Position numbers and translations under genes: made by a program. A model generated the notes under the pieces. That model had not been told where the DNA came from. It made no database searches and saw only the letters and a program-made list of their open reading frames with translations. Shown here piece by piece: positions 57,781 through 64,000 of a stretch of DNA of 64,000 nt. This DNA comes from Lingula anatina (Eukaryota > Animalia > Brachiopoda). The DNA is taken from the NCBI GenBank assembly GCA_051362555.1, contig CM120644.1:11988567-12052566 (forward strand), in the 5' to 3' direction. Position 1 is the stretch's first letter, and every line of letters starts with the position of its first letter.

Positions 57781-60700
57781 AGGAGAAGGAGAAAGAGAGA
57801 TTTGGTGTGTGCTTTTATTGGTTTTAACTCCCCCCTGCCTCAGCACTACACTTGAAAGAGTTGAACAGCTTGCTTTAAAAAAGGATCAGATATTTTCAAT
57901 CTCACAAAACAAGCAATTGCTGATTGAAAAAGACGTATTTAATTTGATACATTGTTCACCTATAGTTGTGGCGTAACTCCATCAGAAGAGGGACACTGTT
58001 GGTTTGACTTCAATGACTCTCGTGTGCAGTCGATACACGAGAGAGAAATAGAGAAGCAGTTCAGTGGCAGGGAGAGTGCTTACATGTTGTTCTACAGAAA
58101 AAAGTCCATGGTCAGGTCTGAAGCAGGTAAGCTTAGTGAATACAAACTTGTTTTAAAACAGGCTCTGTACAGGATATTCCATTCTCTTTTTCCTTCTTCT
58201 GCCTGGGTTGATATAAAATTTCAGAACAAAAAATGTTTCAGCTGATTTTCAGAAACTTGGTAGACCTATGTATTTATGCTAAGGTGGTATCTTTGGGTGC
58301 ATTCCCATAGAGTTTAGATCGATCGATCCCCGTGGGGAGTCTCACTAGATTACTGTAAGATATTCCGGCTTAAATGTCTGTCCCGCCTACTACAAGCTGT
58401 AAGGGGGTAATTAACTTTTGTGCCCGCTCGGCTGACAGCTATTTAGCGTGAACCACCAGGGAGTTAGGTTGATCTAGTTGGATCGATCTGATCTCTGGGA
58501 ATGGGGTCTTAGGTGTTTAAGTTTGGTGTCAACCAGTACATTTTCACCATGTTTACAGCTAGAAGTGTGATTAAGGCCAAGTCAGAGGTCATACAATTGG
58601 TACCCATATTTCTGAAATATGAAAGGTTGACAACCAGCAAAACTATTGCAAAGATTAATAAGTAAACACCATTTACTTTTTCATTCCAGCCAAGCATGAT
58701 CCAACACATGGCATGCCTGAGTCACTGATCCAGGAAGTTATGAGAGAAAATAAGGAAGTAGATAGGAAGAGGTAAAACTCAATAATGAGATTCTTTCAAC
58801 TAGCGGCGTATTTCGGACTTTTTGGAAGCTAAAAATATCATTTTTTTTAGATCGATGCCGGTGGCCCCTTTAACCCAATGCCATGTTTTTAGACTTTTTC
58901 ACTAAGTGGCAGTCTCATACCTGAAAACTTAGATTGGAAGATCTTGATTTTCATTTCATGATAAGAAGCTCTTTATTCATGATGCATGTTCAATAACTTA
59001 AATATATGGAATTGGCCAGCTGTAAGAAAAATACCTAACCTTCAGCTTGATATCTGTTGGCAAATACCTTGCTCTATGTTAGATATAAAAGTTCAAAACT
59101 TCAAATATTGACTCATTAAAATTTAATACATTTCAGAGAAGAATATGACATTGCAGTCAATAAGATAACAGTGAAGATTTTCTTTGGAGACCAGCATGAG
59201 TTCATAGCAGGTGCCATACAAGCGATTCCAGATAGTCTTTCTTTTATGGAAATCCCACTGGACAGAAGGAAAACAGTGGGGGAGCTTAAGATGCTCATAC
59301 TAGAGGTAAGTTTAAAACAGGTGCCTTACACGTTCCTTACAATTCCAGGAAGATAAAGAAATTGGTCAGATTGACCAAAATTAGTCTTCACATTTGTCAT
59401 GATATACATTCTTTTCAAGGTATGGAAAACAAATATTTGGTTGTAAAATTATTTGTCTTCATTTGTTTTTAATTGCTACCTATAAAAATTGTTTCACTTT
59501 TCACAGGAATGTGGAGAATTGGTGCCTCCCAAGTTTGAACTGAGTTTTGTCAAGGAGCTACCTGCTGGACTGCATGTCTATGACTTGTTGACAGGTAATA
59601 GGAGTGCATGTGCATCAGTCATGATATGTGTCTGATAGTTCCCAGAGTGTGTGTGTGTATGTGGGTGGGCGGGAGTCCACACTTTTCACCACTCTGTAAC
59701 ATGCATGATAGTTCCAATAGTGTGTGTGTGTGTGTGTGTGTGGGGGGGGGGGTCATTACAGTCATTACACAGTTTTCCACACTCCCAGTAACATTTTCTT
59801 CCTTTAAGCTTCTTGGGTTTAGTTTAGCTTCATACGTTTAGTTTAAGACTTAAAGTCAAAAAGATGCAGTGGCTCATTTCCTTTTTTTTTTATTGAATAT
59901 GAAAAGATGAGATAAATAACCATGAAAAAAAATCAAAATGGATAAATATTTTGGAATAGCTCTTCAGTGATATTTGGCAAACGTTTGTATGCTAGAATAA
60001 TCCTAAGACATTCCATGAGGTTAGTTGAACTGGTGACAGGTGATATTGAACATATTGATTTTAGCTGCAGATTCTGTGATATGTCAAGATGCCTACATAT
60101 GTGATGGTACATACTTTATGCTGTGGGATGGAGTGCAGGTATGGCAGAATTAGAAATTGACTGAAAATATCATCTCTTCCCTCTTCACATTCCTTTTATT
60201 ATTGATATTTTATAATCAAGTTAGCTTCTTTTATTTTGTATCTCTGGTATGTTTTGGTCAGGATCTTACAGATTTTTTGTTACATGTCATCTTATGTTTG
60301 GGGTTTCCTGTTTCAGATTCAAGGAGAATCCATCCCTACAGGTGTCGCCACAGAGCCAGTCTACCTCAATGTGACCTATGGCAACCCTTCCCAGCTGTCC
60401 CAGGGGTTCCCTAAGAACTGCACCCTTGGTGAACTAAAGCTGATGTTGGGTGAACTCACCCCCATCGACCCAGAAAACCTGAAGCTTTGCCAGCTGGTCA
60501 CAAAAGGTTGGTGATCCATATTGTATGAAAAAAATTGTGAATTTTGCAAACATCTTGTAACTGAAAAAAAATTAGCTAATGTTTTTTAGGGATAACAATT
60601 TTCTTTTGTTTATCATTGCAAGCATTTTTTGTAAAGATTATTGTTTTCAAAGTCATCATGAGCCTTAGGTTATTTTACAGCTTTGGTGACAGGGAATTTG

Positions 60701-62753
60701 GTGTCACATGAAGTTACCTCTGGTTTTCAGTTTCCCTTTAGAGTTTAGCTTTAACAGAGGTACAACTTAAGTTATGAAAACAAAAAGTGGGAAATTTGAT
60801 CAAAAAATGAAATATTGACCTAAAAAAGTCATATGAGGGTTGTAAATGATTACCATATTCTTTTACTTTTCACTAGATGATACCACATCAGCAGTTCCAT
60901 TTAGTCCCATAGATGAAGGAAAGACACTGGAAGAGCTGAGACTTAAGGACGGTGACAACCTTATAGCTGAAGACACCAAAGAAACTAGGTAACCTGTAGC
61001 CAGACTGTGTCATTATTTGTTATAAAATGTAAATCAATTCAAAGCTTTCTTTCTAATTTGGCACTAAGTCTTGTTTCATGGGAATAATTAAAAGATTTTT
61101 CTAGTCAGTGAATTAATGAGACCTGATTTGCCAGATGCAATCTTGGGAGAAAAAGGAAAAAGAAGAAACAAAATATGAAATGTAGATAAGCAGCAGTTCC
61201 CCAAGGTACAGCCGTCACTAATTAATACCTTCCATACTCCAATCTCAGCCCATTAAAGAAAATTACTTCTGTTTCAGTAGCAGCGTTGCTAAGGACTCCT
61301 TATTGAAGAAGTCTAACAAGCTTATTCTTGAAGTAGAGAACAGATGCCAGGTACTGATGTCAAAAAAAAAAAAAAACACTTAAGACCTTTTAGCAAATAA
61401 GATACTTGTCATATTTATCAGTTCTCTATGCATGCAGCTGATATCTACCTCAAGAAGCTGTCAATTATATCTGAGGTCTAGGTCAGACCTGATTGAGACT
61501 TCAGTGCGGACTTTGAAGTGATTAGAATAAAAAATAGAAGAATACTTGAGGCTTTGCTAAAGTGAACACTAAAATGATTATTTTATACATAAAAGGCACT
61601 AGGGGGTCTTAGTGGAGGTCCAAACTCTCCTAGACAGTTCTCCATACTCTGATATCTGAAAATGTTATTCGATGCTTTTCCTATAAAAAATTTATATTTT
61701 TTCAAAGTTAAGCTATTAGACCAGAGAACAGGCATTGTTGTTTAGATGATAATAATAAATAAATATATTATAATTAATGCTTATACAATGCATTCTGTTG
61801 AATATCAAAATTGATTAAATCTGATAAAATGTTGAAAAATAGAAGCAATACAATGTCTTGATTTTTGAGCTTTTAAATACCTGAACAAAAACACTTACTA
61901 CATAATTCAATACACAGTTCAAAGCATTAAGCATTTTTTTCTTGTTAAGTGAGACATTAACAAAGTTAAATAAAGGGCCTAATGTTTCACCTCTCTTATA
62001 GTGAGAACGTTTTCCTAAAATGACCTAGATTGAACTTGAATGTAGCATGATCTCAATGACAAGTTTTAAAATAATTCACATATTTCATTTTCTTAAAGGA
62101 TCACTCTGCAATGGATGCTTACCCTGTGACCACTGTTGAAATAGACAGAGAAACGGTGAGTATTATGCTGTCCTTTTTTGTACTGATTTTGATATCTTTA
62201 CCAAAGGTACAAATTAAACTGTTTACAATGAATTTAACCAACATTACATGGTAGAATAATGTAAGTTGAGATGTAAGTATATATAAATCAAGATGAAAGC
62301 AGACTTTTATCATCATTTTCAGAGAGTGTCAGATCTGAAGGCAGTGATAATGTCAGCGTTCACAATCAGCTCTGTACCTGGTGGGGGAAGACTAAGGGTG
62401 GAGGATTCAAACTTGGGGCTCAGGCCTCCCTGTAAGTTTGATTTTATTGTCCTTGAAGGACACCAGATCTTCTGGTCCAAGTATAGATGAATGTGTTCTG
62501 GGACTATACATGAAGGCGGATATTTGGGTGTTGTATATATATCCTGTGCATGTAACAGTTACTGTATGTGTTTGTTATCTTTCAGTACATGAAGAACAGG
62601 ATGTGGTCACAGCTGGGTTGAAAAGTGGTCAACTTGTGGTCATACAGCCAGGCAGTCCACCTCTCACTGACCAGGTGATTATCACAAGCCAGGGCATGGT
62701 TTATGATAACATGATAATATAGTGTTGTTTGAAAGCTACATTGATATAACAGT

Positions 62754-62808
<55 letters not shown>

Positions 62809-63673
62809 GTTACGGTTTTCAATAATATAAGAGATTCTTTTAATATAGTTGTATTTGATATGGCTGTTTCATGATAATCTGTGACAGGAATCAGAATTCT
62901 CCTTCAGTGTAAGAACCATGTAAAACTGTGCGTTTGACCTTCAGATGACCTTGACCTTCACCCCAGGAAGCCCTTCAGATGACCTTCAAGACTTGGAAAT
63001 TATGTTGAGAAAATCTTGCACAGTCCAGCAGTGCATGGAAGAGATGGTACAAAAAGCAGGGTTTTCTGGTAGGTTGGAGTAGCAATGCAACATAACACCT
63101 GCAGTATGTGGATTCTGAAATAATTAATTGCTTGATAGATGCAAAAAGGTTTTTTTTTTCAGTTAGATTAAAAGCATTGAGTTTTCTGTGCAAATGTTTT
63201 AGTACTCTTTATTGAACCAGATTACACTAGTGCAGTTGAAAGGCTATTACAAAGCCTGCTTGGAAAATGCATAAAAGCAAGGAAAAATCATAATTCCAAT
63301 TCAACTCAATCATTGTTGTGTCAGTTAATAGTATCTTTAATCAGAGAGCTGCGTCTAAGCATACTTTATCAATCATTAATGAAGGATGTTGTATAGTCTA
63401 AAGGATCAATTTCATTGCTTGCCAGGTTTTTCAAATTACTTAACCTAATAAGTGATCTGTTATGATTGTTTAGATGTATTTTCCCAGTGGATTATTCATC
63501 AGTTCTTCCAAAGTCAGGTGTGTATCTCTTCAGGTGATAATTGGCATTTACGCAAGACTAATTGGTGCGGGGAGGCCGGGGAGATACTGGACGATGTGGC
63601 ATCCAGTCTGGAACAGTGCGATATAAAAGATGGCGACCATCTTTTGTTGGAGGAGGGAAGGGTGCCTCCAAAA
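52748..63673 (+). CDS. USP40: Ubiquitin-specific protease USP40-like, about 26 exons in window (first 52748-52940, last seen 63534-63673), truncated at right edge
   Basis: Start MFGDLFE, Cys box [39 protein letters not shown], His box GGHYHAYIRD (56234-56306), WFDFNDSRV...ESAYMLFYRK (57966-58126), then ubiquitin-like segments; canonical splice sites. Confidence 0.92.
57729..57781. repeat. Compound (GT)n(GA)n microsatellite in a USP40 intron
   Basis: Direct reading. Confidence 0.95.
58295..58508 (-). mobile_element. MITE subfamily B copy in a USP40 intron
   Basis: Reverse complement of the 15453 and 40680 copies; ends GGGTGCATTCCCATAG...CTGGGAATGGGGTC. Confidence 0.82.
62756..62805. repeat. 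Poly-T run of about 50 nt
   Basis: Direct reading. Confidence 0.95.
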
Positions 63674-64000
63674 GTAAGTTATTCATATTTATAATTTTAT
63701 TGAAGAGGTCAAAGTTGGGTTCATAAGATGAGGCAAATGGAGTTAAGTGTAATACTAATAGAGTAATGACCTAAGGGTTCATATTACAGAATCTACAAAA
63801 GAAAAGTAACGAAAAGTTAATGTTGTACGTTTGCCGTACACAAGATCTTTAATTGTCATTAGGTTGAGTTAGGTTAGAAAAAATGATTGGTTTATTGCTG
63901 AAAAAAGCAACAAATAATATTCCCTTACATTGAAATATTCACCTGTGACAGACAACCTGGATGTCCCTTTGACAATCAAATTATTAGCTTAGGTAACTTT

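Noticed and set aside
1422-63694. Most ORF-track entries, such as HTHT/RERE/CVCV peptides and ORFs antisense to real exons
   Set aside because: They are microsatellite translations, intron read-through of real exons or chance ORFs in AT-rich DNA

Overview
Intron-rich, AT-rich metazoan genomic DNA (invertebrate, plausibly lophotrochozoan; the taxon is inferred, not shown). Most ORF-track entries are spurious. Reading splice sites by hand gives four protein genes as two head-to-head pairs. (1) NOSTRIN-like F-BAR gene, - strand, leaving the window at the left, with a ~28.8 kb first intron holding at least two candidate alternative coding first exons. (2) PTGES3/p23, +, 7 exons, 172 aa. (3) ABCF2, -, 14 coding exons, 631 aa. 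(4) USP40, +, truncated at the right edge. Best leads: box C/D RNAs in three consecutive ABCF2 introns (two SNORD89-like paralogs complementary to the U2 snRNA 5' end, one predicted to guide U2 Gm19, plus a U22-like RNA); a ~780 bp near-perfect inverted duplication of sequence 3' of PTGES3 between the convergent PTGES3 and ABCF2 genes; and a 3.9 kb P-like element (31 bp TIR, 7 bp TSD) carrying a spliced internal unit inside the NOSTRIN intron. Many MITEs and one decayed LINE are also present. Family and snoRNA assignments rest on recalled consensus sequences; no database search was run.
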